From Candidatus Woesebacteria bacterium RIFCSPLOWO2_01_FULL_39_23 (lineage in GTDB: Bacteria; Patescibacteriota; Microgenomatia; UBA8517): DNA of 64,000 bases. The first letter of the stretch is position 1; each line of letters starts with the position of its first letter. Location of the stretch: positions 90,391-154,390 of the forward strand of contig MGHG01000009.1 of NCBI GenBank assembly GCA_001793095.1, written 5' to 3'. Under the pieces are notes generated by a model. That model saw only the letters and a program-made list of their open reading frames with translations. It was not told the DNA's origin and did no database searches. Below are positions 44,226 to 53,353 of this stretch, piece by piece. A program made the position numbers and the translations under genes.

Positions 44226-47169
44226 TAGGAGTACCTTGTGCGATAATTTCTCCTCCTTTTTCTCCTCCTTCAGGGCCTAAATCTATAATCCAGTCGGCAT
44301 TTTTTATGACATCAAGATTGTGTTCAATAACATAAACACTGTTTCCTTTTGATACTAATCTTTTTAATACTCTCAGAAGCTTTTCAACGTCTGAGAAATG
44401 AAGTCCTGTTGTCGGCTCATCAAGTATATAAGCCGTTCTCCCCGTCGCCTTTTTTGTCAGTTCGGATGATAATTTAACCCTTTGTGCTTCACCACCTGAT
44501 AAAGTCGTCGCCGACTGGCCAAGTTCAATGTACCCCAAACCCACCTCTTGTAGCGTTGACAACTTGGATACAATTTTGGGATGGTTGTGAAAAAATTCTA
44601 AGGATTCGTCAACCGACATTTTTAACACGTCGGCAATGTTTTTACCTTTATAACCTATCTCCAAAGTTTGTGTATTATAACGAGTCCCTTTGCATATATC
44701 GCACGTAATCCAAATGTCACTCATAAATTGCATTTCAAATCTCTCTTGACCTTGGCCTTCGCATGCTTCGCAGCGACCACCCTTCATATTAAATGAAAAT
44801 CGGCTCTTTTTAAATCCTGCAGCACGTGCCTCGTGAGTAAAACTGAAAACGTCTCTAATGCTATCGAAAACTTTTGTGTATGTTGCGGGGTTACTTCGGG
44901 GAGTTCTGCCTATTGGAGATTGGTCGATTAAGATTACTTTATCTATTTTTTCCAAGCCTTCAATTGTTTTATATGTACCAACATCTCCCCTAAATCTGGA
45001 GTTAAATTCACGCTCCATCGCAGCATACAGAGTTTCAACAAGAAGGGTGGATTTGCCGGAACCGGAAACTCCGGTGATTACAACTAATTTACTTAATGGG
45101 AAAGTAACATTAATGTTTTTTAGATTATACTGTGAGCAACCAAAGATTGTAAGTGACTGGTGATTGGTGGATTTTGAAAGGTGATTGGTGATATGTGATT
45201 GGTTGCTTGCAGTACTTGTGCTACTTGTTATACCTGCGCTACTTTTTGATATATCAATTTTTTTCTTCCCGCTCAAATACAGTCCGGTAATGGATTTTGC
45301 GTTAGTGGATATTTCAAAAGGAGTTCCTGCAGCAATTACGGAGCCGCCGAGCTTGCCTGCTCCCGGACCGAAGTCAAAAATATAATCTGATTGAGTCATC
45401 ATTTCTCTGTCGTGTTCGACAACGATTATTGAATTACCTAAATCCCTTAATTTTTTAAGGGTATCTATTAATTTTTGGTTATCCTTTTGGTGTAGACCAA
45501 CTGTTGGTTCATCGAGTACATAAAGAACGCCAGTTAAGCCAGATCCAATTTGACTAGCTAAACGGATTCTTTGGGCTTCGCCTCCAGAAAGCGATCCTGC
45601 GTTTCTGTCAAGCGTCAAATAATTCAAACCGACTGAAATTAAGAAACTCAGTCTCAATAATATTTCCTTTAAAATTTCATTTGATATATTTATTTCCCGG
45701 GAATTAAGTGGCGACGTACCATTTGTAAGAAGTATGTTAATCCACGAGTAAGCACCCCCGATGGTGAAAGAACTAACTTTGGCGATTGAGAGTTTATTAA
45801 TTGTTACGCTTAGCGACTCCTTTTTGAGTCGAGTACCATGACAATCCGGGCAAATATTTTCGCGCATATATTTTTCAATTTCCGATCTAACCCAATCCGA
45901 AGTACTATCCTTGTGCTTTCTTTCAAGCTCAGGCATTATGCCCGAAAACGCTTCATAAATTTTAGTTACTCTCCCGAATCTATTCGTTCCTTCAACTTCG
46001 TACACTTTATCTGCGGTTCCGGCTAGCAGAAGATTTTTTGCATCACTACTCAGTAATTTAATAGGCAGTCTTGTATCAATATCATAATCGAGGCAGACTT
46101 TATTAATTAGTCTTGAGTACCAGGTGTCGTGTTCAAACATATTAGAAAACGGTAATATTCCACCTTCGCGTATACTAATTTCAGGCGAAAAAACGAGGTT
46201 ACTGTCAATCTTAAGAATTTTCCCTATCCCCGAGCAGGTAGCACATGCTCCGTGAGGAGAATTAAAAGAGAATGATCTGGGTTCGATTTCTGTAATTTGA
46301 ATATTGTCATTTGGGCAAGCAAACTTTTCAGAAAAGAGATGATCGTCGAATTTTTTTGGAAACTCGGGCATAACCAGTGCGTCATCATTGACCTCAGTCG
46401 CAATAATTTTACCGTCAGACAATTTTAATGCCTGTTCAATCGAATCTGTAAGCCGTGCTTTTAAATTATCGGCAAATATTTTGTTTTTTAAATCTTTGAA
46501 AGAAAATGAGATTTTATCAATAACTGCCTCTATTGTGTGTTTATTGGTTTTAATAAGAAAAAAATCCTCGCCAGTATTTTTAATGATATTATCAACCCTA
46601 AGTTGTTTGTAGCCTTTTGATTTAAGGTTGACGAAAAGTGAACTAAACTCACCCTTTTTGTCGCTTATGACGGGAGATAAAATTAAAATCCTGACGATCC
46701 TTTTGTCTTTAGCTTTATCCAATAATAATTTTAGTAATGAGCTTACAATTTCATCGACCGTCTGGCTGGCTATTTCTCTTCCGCAGATAGGACAATGGGG
46801 GTGACCGATGCGCGAAAATAAAAGCCTTAAATAATCGTAAATCTCGGTAACTGTACCTACGGTTGAGCGAGGATTGCGTGAAGTTGTTTTTTGATCAATT
46901 GAAATTGCCGGAGATAAACCTTCTATTAAATCGATATCCGGTTTTTCCATAATCCCTAAGAACTGCCTTGCATACGTCGAGAGACTTTCGACGTAGCGTC
47001 TTTGACCCTCGGCGTATATGGTGTCAAATGCAAGCGAACTTTTTCCACTTCCCGAGACACCCGTAAAAACGACAATTTTATTTTTGGGTATATCCAGATC
47101 GATATTTTTTAGATTATGCTGTCTCGCACCTCTTATACGTATTGTATTTTCCATATCATCGGACGCCAC
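44167..47169 (-). CDS. uvrA: Excinuclease ABC subunit A with a ~35-aa low-complexity insertion in the inter-domain linker
   Basis: Two ABC modules (GVSGSGKSSLA / GVSGSGKSTLL; LSGGEAQR x2) and zinc-finger CxxC pairs. 1000 aa. Confidence 0.9.
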   Translation of the reverse strand: MASDDMENTIRIRGARQHNLKNIDLDIPKNKIVVFTGVSGSGKSSLAFDTIYAEGQRRYVESLSTYARQFLGIMEKPDIDLIEGLSPAISIDQKTTSRNPRSTVGTVTEIYDYLRLLFSRIGHPHCPICGREIASQTVDEIVSSLLKLLLDKAKDKRIVRILILSPVISDKKGEFSSLFVNLKSKGYKQLRVDNIIKNTGEDFFLIKTNKHTIEAVIDKISFSFKDLKNKIFADNLKARLTDSIEQALKLSDGKIIATEVNDDALVMPEFPKKFDDHLFSEKFACPNDNIQITEIEPRSFSFNSPHGACATCSGIGKILKIDSNLVFSPEISIREGGILPFSNMFEHDTWYSRLINKVCLDYDIDTRLPIKLLSSDAKNLLLAGTADKVYEVEGTNRFGRVTKIYEAFSGIMPELERKHKDSTSDWVRSEIEKYMRENICPDCHGTRLKKESLSVTINKLSIAKVSSFTIGGAYSWINILLTNGTSPLNSREINISNEILKEILLRLSFLISVGLNYLTLDRNAGSLSGGEAQRIRLASQIGSGLTGVLYVLDEPTVGLHQKDNQKLIDTLKKLRDLGNSIIVVEHDREMMTQSDYIFDFGPGAGKLGGSVIAAGTPFEISTNAKSITGLYLSGKKKIDISKSSAGITSSTSTASNQSHITNHLSKSTNHQSLTIFGCSQYNLKNINVTFPLSKLVVITGVSGSGKSTLLVETLYAAMEREFNSRFRGDVGTYKTIEGLEKIDKVILIDQSPIGRTPRSNPATYTKVFDSIRDVFSFTHEARAAGFKKSRFSFNMKGGRCEACEGQGQERFEMQFMSDIWITCDICKGTRYNTQTLEIGYKGKNIADVLKMSVDESLEFFHNHPKIVSKLSTLQEVGLGYIELGQSATTLSGGEAQRVKLSSELTKKATGRTAYILDEPTTGLHFSDVEKLLRVLKRLVSKGNSVYVIEHNLDVIKNADWIIDLGPEGGEKGGEIIAQGTPNDIKKIKGSHTAKFLSNTL

Positions 47170-47218
47170 GCAAGATCCGGAGCGGTTTCCCGGAGCGTTC
47201 TTAATTATACACGCTTAA

Positions 47219-49306
47219 TCAAAGTTCCAGTTCTTTTATTTTGTCTCTTATCACGGCCGCGAGTTCGAAGTTCAAATCTTGTGCCGCTATTTTCATTTCT
47301 CTTCTTAACCTGGTGATTAACCTTTGTTTATCAATCGGCGCTAAACTTTCCGTGTCAATATCAGGCAGTGTTTCGAAATGTGATAAGTCACGCTTGAAAA
47401 GTTTCTCGACATCGCTGTCTTCTTCTTCGTCAACAAGTCTTTCACGGATAGGTTTTTCTATTGATTTCGGTACAATACCGTATTTTTTGTTCATTTCTCT
47501 TTGGAATTTTCTTCTTCTGTCAATTTCATCCAAGGCTCTTTTCATGGAATCGGTTTTCTTATCGGCATATAAAATTACTTTTCCATTTACGTGTCGTGCG
47601 GCGCGCCCCATCGTTTGTGTTAAAGATACTTCGCTTCTTAAGAAGCCTTCTTTATCTGCGTCAAGAATAGCGACTAAAGACACCTCAGGTAAATCTAGCC
47701 CTTCGCGCAGAAGATTAACTCCGACAATACAATCGTAATTTCCCTTTCTTAAATCCTCCAGTATATTAGTACGCTCGAGAGTTGCGATATCGCTATGTAA
47801 ATAATGGACATGTATGCCTTGTTCTTTCAGGAAATTTGATAAATCTTCAGCTGTCTTTTTAGTCAAAGTTGTAATAAGGGCGCGTTCCTTATTTTTATCC
47901 TTTGGCGGGTTAGCGCGAATTTTTATTTCCTCGATAACGTCTTTTACCTGGGTTGCGGTTGGTCTTATATCGACTTTAGGGTCAGGAATACCTGTCGGTC
48001 TTAAGAGTTGTTGCACTACTCCAATGTTTTTGTTATTTAGCCTCTTAGTTTTTGAGTTTTTTAATTTTAAAGCATCATCATTAGCCATATTAATTTCCCA
48101 AGGTGAGGGTGTTGCTGAGGTTGCAATAAAACCCGGAATTTTTCGTACAAATTCTTCAAACATCAAAGGGCGGTTGTCTAATGCAGCTGGAAGCCTGAAA
48201 CCATAATCGATCAGTGTTTTTTTGCGTGATACATCACCGATGTACATACCCCTGATTTGAGGAAAAGTTATGTGACTTTCATCGATGAAAAGTAGCCAGT
48301 CGTTTTTATATGGTTCACTGAAATAATCTAATAGCGTGAAGGGGGGATCGCCCGGATTTCTTCCGTCGAAATAGCGTGAATAGTTTTCAATGCCTTTAAC
48401 GTAACCCACCTCTTTGATCATTTCCAGATCGTACGTAACCCTTTGTTTAAGACGGTATGCTTCTAGTATTTTTCCGATTTTTGTTAATTCATGACATCTT
48501 TTATTAAGATCCGACTCGATCATGTTAAAAGTGTCCTTATTTTTCGCGGGATCGGTAATGTAATGTTTTGCTGGGTATAGTACGTATTTGTCAATATTTT
48601 CTGAAGGTTGAATATTATCTCCGGTAACTGTGTTAATGATATCAATATTTAATATTTTATCGGTATCAAGGATAATTCTTAAACCTTCGTCTTTATAGGC
48701 AGGATAGATGTCTATCGTATCCCCTCGTACTCTGAAAGTTCCTCTCCTGAAGCCGAAATCACCCCTTTCATATTGAAGATCAATCAGTCTGTCGATTATT
48801 TGTAAGCGATTGATTTTCATGCCTTTAACAAATTCAAAAATGAATTTGCCGTATTCACGAGGGGAACCGATATTATAGATACAGGATACTGAAGCAACGA
48901 CGATAGTATCGGATCTTGTTAACAAATTTGAAGTTGCAGCAAGTCGTAATTTATCAATTAACTCATTAATATCAGCGTCTTTTTCGATATACGTATCGGT
49001 TGACGGTATATACGCTTCGGGTTGGTAAAAATCATAGTATGAAACAAAATATGAGACCGCATTATTCGGAAAAAAGTCCCGAAACTCCTGATAAAGTTGT
49101 GCTGCCAACGTTTTATTATGAGAAAGGATCAGGGCGGGTTTTTGTAAACGCTCGATAACATTGGCAACGGTAAATGTTTTTCCGGAGCCTGTAACTCCTA
49201 GAAGTACCTGACGGTTAATTCCTTGAAGATGGCGTTCAACTAGAGAATTAATTGCTTTTTCCTGATCCGGTATCGGTTTATAGTTCGTTTGAAGTTTAAA
49301 TTGCAT
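47219..49306 (-). CDS. uvrB: Excinuclease ABC subunit B
   Basis: Helicase motifs GVTGSGKT and DESH, a beta-hairpin region and a C-terminal UVR coiled coil (KIKELEL). 695 aa. Confidence 0.9.
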   Translation of the reverse strand: MQFKLQTNYKPIPDQEKAINSLVERHLQGINRQVLLGVTGSGKTFTVANVIERLQKPALILSHNKTLAAQLYQEFRDFFPNNAVSYFVSYYDFYQPEAYIPSTDTYIEKDADINELIDKLRLAATSNLLTRSDTIVVASVSCIYNIGSPREYGKFIFEFVKGMKINRLQIIDRLIDLQYERGDFGFRRGTFRVRGDTIDIYPAYKDEGLRIILDTDKILNIDIINTVTGDNIQPSENIDKYVLYPAKHYITDPAKNKDTFNMIESDLNKRCHELTKIGKILEAYRLKQRVTYDLEMIKEVGYVKGIENYSRYFDGRNPGDPPFTLLDYFSEPYKNDWLLFIDESHITFPQIRGMYIGDVSRKKTLIDYGFRLPAALDNRPLMFEEFVRKIPGFIATSATPSPWEINMANDDALKLKNSKTKRLNNKNIGVVQQLLRPTGIPDPKVDIRPTATQVKDVIEEIKIRANPPKDKNKERALITTLTKKTAEDLSNFLKEQGIHVHYLHSDIATLERTNILEDLRKGNYDCIVGVNLLREGLDLPEVSLVAILDADKEGFLRSEVSLTQTMGRAARHVNGKVILYADKKTDSMKRALDEIDRRRKFQREMNKKYGIVPKSIEKPIRERLVDEEEDSDVEKLFKRDLSHFETLPDIDTESLAPIDKQRLITRLRREMKIAAQDLNFELAAVIRDKIKELEL

Positions 49307-49417
49307 ATTATTATCCCGAAACTATACCGAAAATTATACCATATGGTTGTTATCTACTTTCTTTGAGCGGTTGCAAACATATTTATCATGGGTATAACAT
49401 GTAAACGAAAGAAAAAC

Positions 49418-50680
49418 ATGGACAGCAAAATTAGATCTATTAAAGCGAGAGAAATATTAAGCTCAAACGGTTTACCGACACTTGAAACAACTGTCTTGTG
49501 CGCTAATGGTACAAATTCTTCTGTTTCTATTCCCTATGGAGAATCTGCCGGTAAATACGAGGCTGTGACGATTTTTGATGAAGATAAGTCAAGATATGAA
49601 GGCTACGGCATGCTTAAGGCAGTCAAAATTGTAGACGAAATTATATCCCCTCAACTTGCGGGAGTTGATGTAACCGATCAAAAACAGATTGATCAGAAAC
49701 TTTTTGATTTAGACCCAACACCACAAAAAACTAATTTGGGCGGTAATAGTCTGTTGAGTGTTTCTCTTGCGTGTGCTAAAACTGCCAGCGTTATCGAAAA
49801 GCTGCCTCTTTATATTTATATTCAAAAAACTTACGGATTCGATGGTGGTATTACTAACATGCCTAAACCAAACATGGTCGTGTTAGAAGGAGGAAAACAT
49901 GCTGATAATTCAACAGATTTTCAGGAATATTCTGTTTCAGTAATCGGAAAATTTAACTGTTCTGATTCTGTGAGAGCCGGTATAGAAATATACAGATCTT
50001 TAGGGCGTGAGCTAAAGCTTAACGGTTTCAATATTAATGTCGGAGCAGAGGGTGCGTATGCGGCGGTCTCAATGAAATCGAACATTGACCCTTTGCTATA
50101 TATAAAAAATGCAATAGAAAAAACTAAATATATTCCCGAAAAAGACGTAGGAATTTCACTCGATCCTGCCGCTTCTGAATTTTACGAATCGGGTTTTTAT
50201 AATTTGTCTAAAGATCAGAAAAAATTTAATTCATCGGAGATGATTACTTATTACGAAAATCTTTTAGATAATTATCCGATAATTTCGATAGAAGACGGAT
50301 TGGCAGAGGAGGATTGGGACAACTGGAAGCCTTTATTTACGAAACTCAGTGAAAAAATAATGATCGTAGGTGATGATCTAACGGTAACCCAGGAAAAAAG
50401 ATTAAAAAGAGCGATCGACGAAAAGACGATAAATTCAATAATAATTAAGCCTAATCAGGCGGGAACCTTAACTGAGACTATGGCGACAGTCATGTTGGCT
50501 AAAGATAATAATATTAAAACAATAGTTTCGCACCGCGGAGGTGGCGAAACGACTGATACTTTTATTATAGATTTAGCTGTAGCAATAGGAGCGGAATATG
50601 TTAAGGTCGGTCCAACCAGGGGCGAACGAACGCAAAAATATAATCGATTGATGGAAATAGCCGCCGAATTAAATCTGTAA
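49418..50680 (+). CDS. eno: Enolase (paralog 1, more divergent)
   Basis: IKAREILSSNGLPTLE..., KPNQAGTLTET, SHRGGGETTD. The start is moved to the Met at 49418 (MDSKIRSIKAREIL). Confidence 0.75.
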   Translation: MDSKIRSIKAREILSSNGLPTLETTVLCANGTNSSVSIPYGESAGKYEAVTIFDEDKSRYEGYGMLKAVKIVDEIISPQLAGVDVTDQKQIDQKLFDLDPTPQKTNLGGNSLLSVSLACAKTASVIEKLPLYIYIQKTYGFDGGITNMPKPNMVVLEGGKHADNSTDFQEYSVSVIGKFNCSDSVRAGIEIYRSLGRELKLNGFNINVGAEGAYAAVSMKSNIDPLLYIKNAIEKTKYIPEKDVGISLDPAASEFYESGFYNLSKDQKKFNSSEMITYYENLLDNYPIISIEDGLAEEDWDNWKPLFTKLSEKIMIVGDDLTVTQEKRLKRAIDEKTINSIIIKPNQAGTLTETMATVMLAKDNNIKTIVSHRGGGETTDTFIIDLAVAIGAEYVKVGPTRGERTQKYNRLMEIAAELNL

Positions 50681-50701
50681 TTTTCTTCTTATATTTCCCA
50701 C

Positions 50702-50730
50702 TTGACATATTCGGGTTTTGTTAGTATATT
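50702..50730 (+). promoter_or_regulatory. lexA promoter (TTGACA-N17-TATATT)
   Basis: Near-consensus hexamers about 80 bp upstream of the lexA ATG. Confidence 0.5.
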
Positions 50731-50742
50731 GATTTAACTCAT

Positions 50743-50792
50743 AACTTAGAACTCAAATGTTAAAACTAAAATACAATTTTGAGTTATAAGTT
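50743..50792. promoter_or_regulatory. 15-bp inverted repeat AACTTAGAACTCAAA ... TTTGAGTTATAAGTT (20-bp spacer) between the lexA promoter and start; candidate LexA operator
   Basis: 14 of 15 positions are complementary. The repeat lies in the promoter-proximal leader of the autoregulated repressor gene. Confidence 0.4.
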
Positions 50793-50811
50793 TCTAGTTT
50801 TGTGTTGACTT

Positions 50812-51435
50812 ATGGCACCAGTAATTTACAAACGCCAAGGACAGATATTAGATTTTATCAGACAACATATTCAATCTACCGGTTCAGCCCCCACATTAAA
50901 GCAAATAGCAGAGGCAATCGGGGTTTCTTCACTCGCTACAGTACACGAGCATTTAACCACGCTTGAAGAAAAAGGTTTAATTAAACGAAAATACGGAAAA
51001 AATAGATCTATAAAACTAGCCGATAATGATATTAATTTTTCACCCGAGGGTATTGCTGTCCCAATTCTTGGATATATTGCAGCGGGGACGCCCATCGAGC
51101 CCTATACTGATCCAAATGCGAGCATGGCAATACCCTACTCTTTCGTTACAGGAACAAAACGCACATTTCTTCTTCAGGTAAAAGGCGAGTCTATGATTGA
51201 AGAACAGATTCGGGATGGCGATTATGTGGTAATTGAGCAGTCTGAGATTGCCAATAATGGAGACATTGTTGTAGCGCTACTTGATAATGGTATGGCAACA
51301 TTGAAACGATTTTTTAAAGAAGCTACACGCATACGACTTGAGCCGGCAAATGCTAAAATGAGTCCTATATTTGTTAAAAATGTAAGAATACAGGGAAAGG
51401 TCGTAGGGCTTATAAGGAAGTACACTAGGAATTGA
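50812..51435 (+). CDS. lexA: LexA repressor (S24 peptidase)
   Basis: N-terminal wHTH (LTTLEEKGLIKRK) and C-terminal S24 with VKGESM and a catalytic K. 207 aa. Confidence 0.85.
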   Translation: MAPVIYKRQGQILDFIRQHIQSTGSAPTLKQIAEAIGVSSLATVHEHLTTLEEKGLIKRKYGKNRSIKLADNDINFSPEGIAVPILGYIAAGTPIEPYTDPNASMAIPYSFVTGTKRTFLLQVKGESMIEEQIRDGDYVVIEQSEIANNGDIVVALLDNGMATLKRFFKEATRIRLEPANAKMSPIFVKNVRIQGKVVGLIRKYTRN

Positions 51436-52075
51436 CTTCCCCTTTTTTTCTTTTAGATTTAGCAACCTCTAGTAAAATTGGAAATAGTGAAATAATTATT
51501 ATTACGCCAATAACTATTTCGAAATTATTCTTAACAAAAGCTATATTACCGAAATAATAACCTCCAAAGACAAAAATGGAAGTCCACAGAAATCCGCCAA
51601 CGATATTGAATATTATAAATTTTGTGTACTGCATGATGCCAACGCCGGCCACAAAAGGTGCAAATGTTCGGATTATCGGAACAAAGCGTGCAAGAATAAT
51701 TGTTTTTCCTCCGTGCTTAGTGTAAAATGCCTTAGTCTTATCTAAATAATCTTTTTTTATAAATTTAGGGTCTTTTTTAAATACGGCCGGACCTATTTTG
51801 TAACCGATCCAATAATTTACTGTATCTCCAAGAACAGCAGCAATAAAAAGCACGAGAAATAAAAGATAGATATTCATCGAGCCGAGTGCTGCTAAGGTAC
51901 CTGCTGCAAAAAGTATCGAATCTCCCGGAAGAAAGGGCGTAATAACAAAACCGGTTTCCATAAAAATTACAAAAAATAAAACGACATATACTCCTACCCC
52001 GACATGTGAAATTAATATCGATAAATAGTTATCAAGATGAAGTAAGATGTCGACAAGATAGGAAAAATTTATCAT
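51425..52075 (-). CDS. DedA family membrane protein
   Basis: The VTPFLPGDSILFAAG motif is a DedA/SNARE-associated signature. About 6 TM helices. Confidence 0.7.
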   Translation of the reverse strand: MINFSYLVDILLHLDNYLSILISHVGVGVYVVLFFVIFMETGFVITPFLPGDSILFAAGTLAALGSMNIYLLFLVLFIAAVLGDTVNYWIGYKIGPAVFKKDPKFIKKDYLDKTKAFYTKHGGKTIILARFVPIIRTFAPFVAGVGIMQYTKFIIFNIVGGFLWTSIFVFGGYYFGNIAFVKNNFEIVIGVIIIISLFPILLEVAKSKRKKGEVNS

Positions 52076-52079
52076 GAAG

Positions 52080-53351
52080 TTACATCCGACCGCTTAGAAG
52101 TTCAACTTCGATTGCAGATAAGCGATTATATTTAGCGACCCTTTCTCCCCGCGACGGAGCACCAAATTTGACAAAATCCGCTCCAATACCTACAGCGAAA
52201 TCTGCTATAAACCATTCGTTAGTTTCTCCGGAACGATGAGAGACAATTATTTTCCACGAAGACGCAAGTGCTTTTGAGATAACCCTTAACGTTTCCGTAA
52301 TTGTTCCTAATTGATTTGGTTTGACAAGTATTGCATTACAGGCTTTCTCTTTAATCGCTTTGACTACTCTTTCCGGATTTGTCGCGAGCAGGTCATCACC
52401 GACAACGGTTAGTTGCTCAGACATCTCAGTATAAAGCTTTTTCCAGCTATTCCAGGCATCTTCCTGAAAAGCGTCTTCGAGTATTGCTAGATGATACTGA
52501 TTATTTAAGGTTTTATAGTATTCAAGCAAATCATCATCAGTCAAAGGAGACGATTTATCCCTTATTGAGTAATTACCATTTTTATAGAAGACAGATGCGG
52601 CAGCATCAAGACCGAGAAAGACATCGCGACCCAATTGATATGGGGTTTCTTTAATTGATTCAACGAGTATTTCGAAAGCGTCAGCATTAGTAAAAAGATT
52701 GGGGGCATATCCGCCCTCGTCACCAACAGAATGAATTGCTCCCCGTCTCTTAAGGTTGTCGCCGATAGTCATGTAAGTTTCGACGCCCATTCTGAGTCCT
52801 TCGCTGAATTTTTTGGAGGTTGCTGGTATTACATGGAATTCCTGAAAATCCAGATTACCAGCACCATGTAATCCGCCATTTATCATGTTAAAAATAGGAG
52901 TTGGTATGTGTTCTTTTGCTTTGATACCGAATTTAGCAGCCATTTGGTTAATGTAGGAGTATAAGGTTTTACCAGCAGAAAGTGATCCAGCCTTTGCGGT
53001 AGCTATCGAGACTGCGAGGATTGCGTTAGCACCGTATTTTGATTTATTTTTTGTTCCGTCGGTATCGATGAGTTTTTTGTCTATTACTTCCTGGTCGATT
53101 GGATCCATGCCTATAAGCACCTGACCTAAGATATTATTTACATTGTTAACCGCTTTTAATACACCCTTACCGTGATATCTTGAAGTGTCCTGATCTCTAA
53201 GCTCAAGAGAATCGTATTTTCCGGTCGGTGTAGCTGACGGTACTGAGGCAATAGCCACTTGTCCGGTATCTAAAAGACAAGACGCTTCAACAGTAGGAAT
53301 GGCTCGCGAATCCAAAATTTCTCTTGCCCATATTTTTGATATTTTTGACAT
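52080..53351 (-). CDS. eno: Enolase (paralog 2, canonical)
   Basis: SKIWAREILDSR, KPNQLGTITET, SHRSGETNEWFIADFAVG. 423 aa. Confidence 0.85.
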   Translation of the reverse strand: MSKISKIWAREILDSRAIPTVEASCLLDTGQVAIASVPSATPTGKYDSLELRDQDTSRYHGKGVLKAVNNVNNILGQVLIGMDPIDQEVIDKKLIDTDGTKNKSKYGANAILAVSIATAKAGSLSAGKTLYSYINQMAAKFGIKAKEHIPTPIFNMINGGLHGAGNLDFQEFHVIPATSKKFSEGLRMGVETYMTIGDNLKRRGAIHSVGDEGGYAPNLFTNADAFEILVESIKETPYQLGRDVFLGLDAAASVFYKNGNYSIRDKSSPLTDDDLLEYYKTLNNQYHLAILEDAFQEDAWNSWKKLYTEMSEQLTVVGDDLLATNPERVVKAIKEKACNAILVKPNQLGTITETLRVISKALASSWKIIVSHRSGETNEWFIADFAVGIGADFVKFGAPSRGERVAKYNRLSAIEVELLSGRM

Positions 53352-53353
53352 AG

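Noticed and set aside
44484-48206. Numerous 60-165-aa antisense ORFs inside uvrA and uvrB, and similar ones inside pyrG, the P-type ATPase and ppsA
   Set aside because: They overlap strongly supported large genes on the opposite strand and have no independent signals, so they are treated as spurious.
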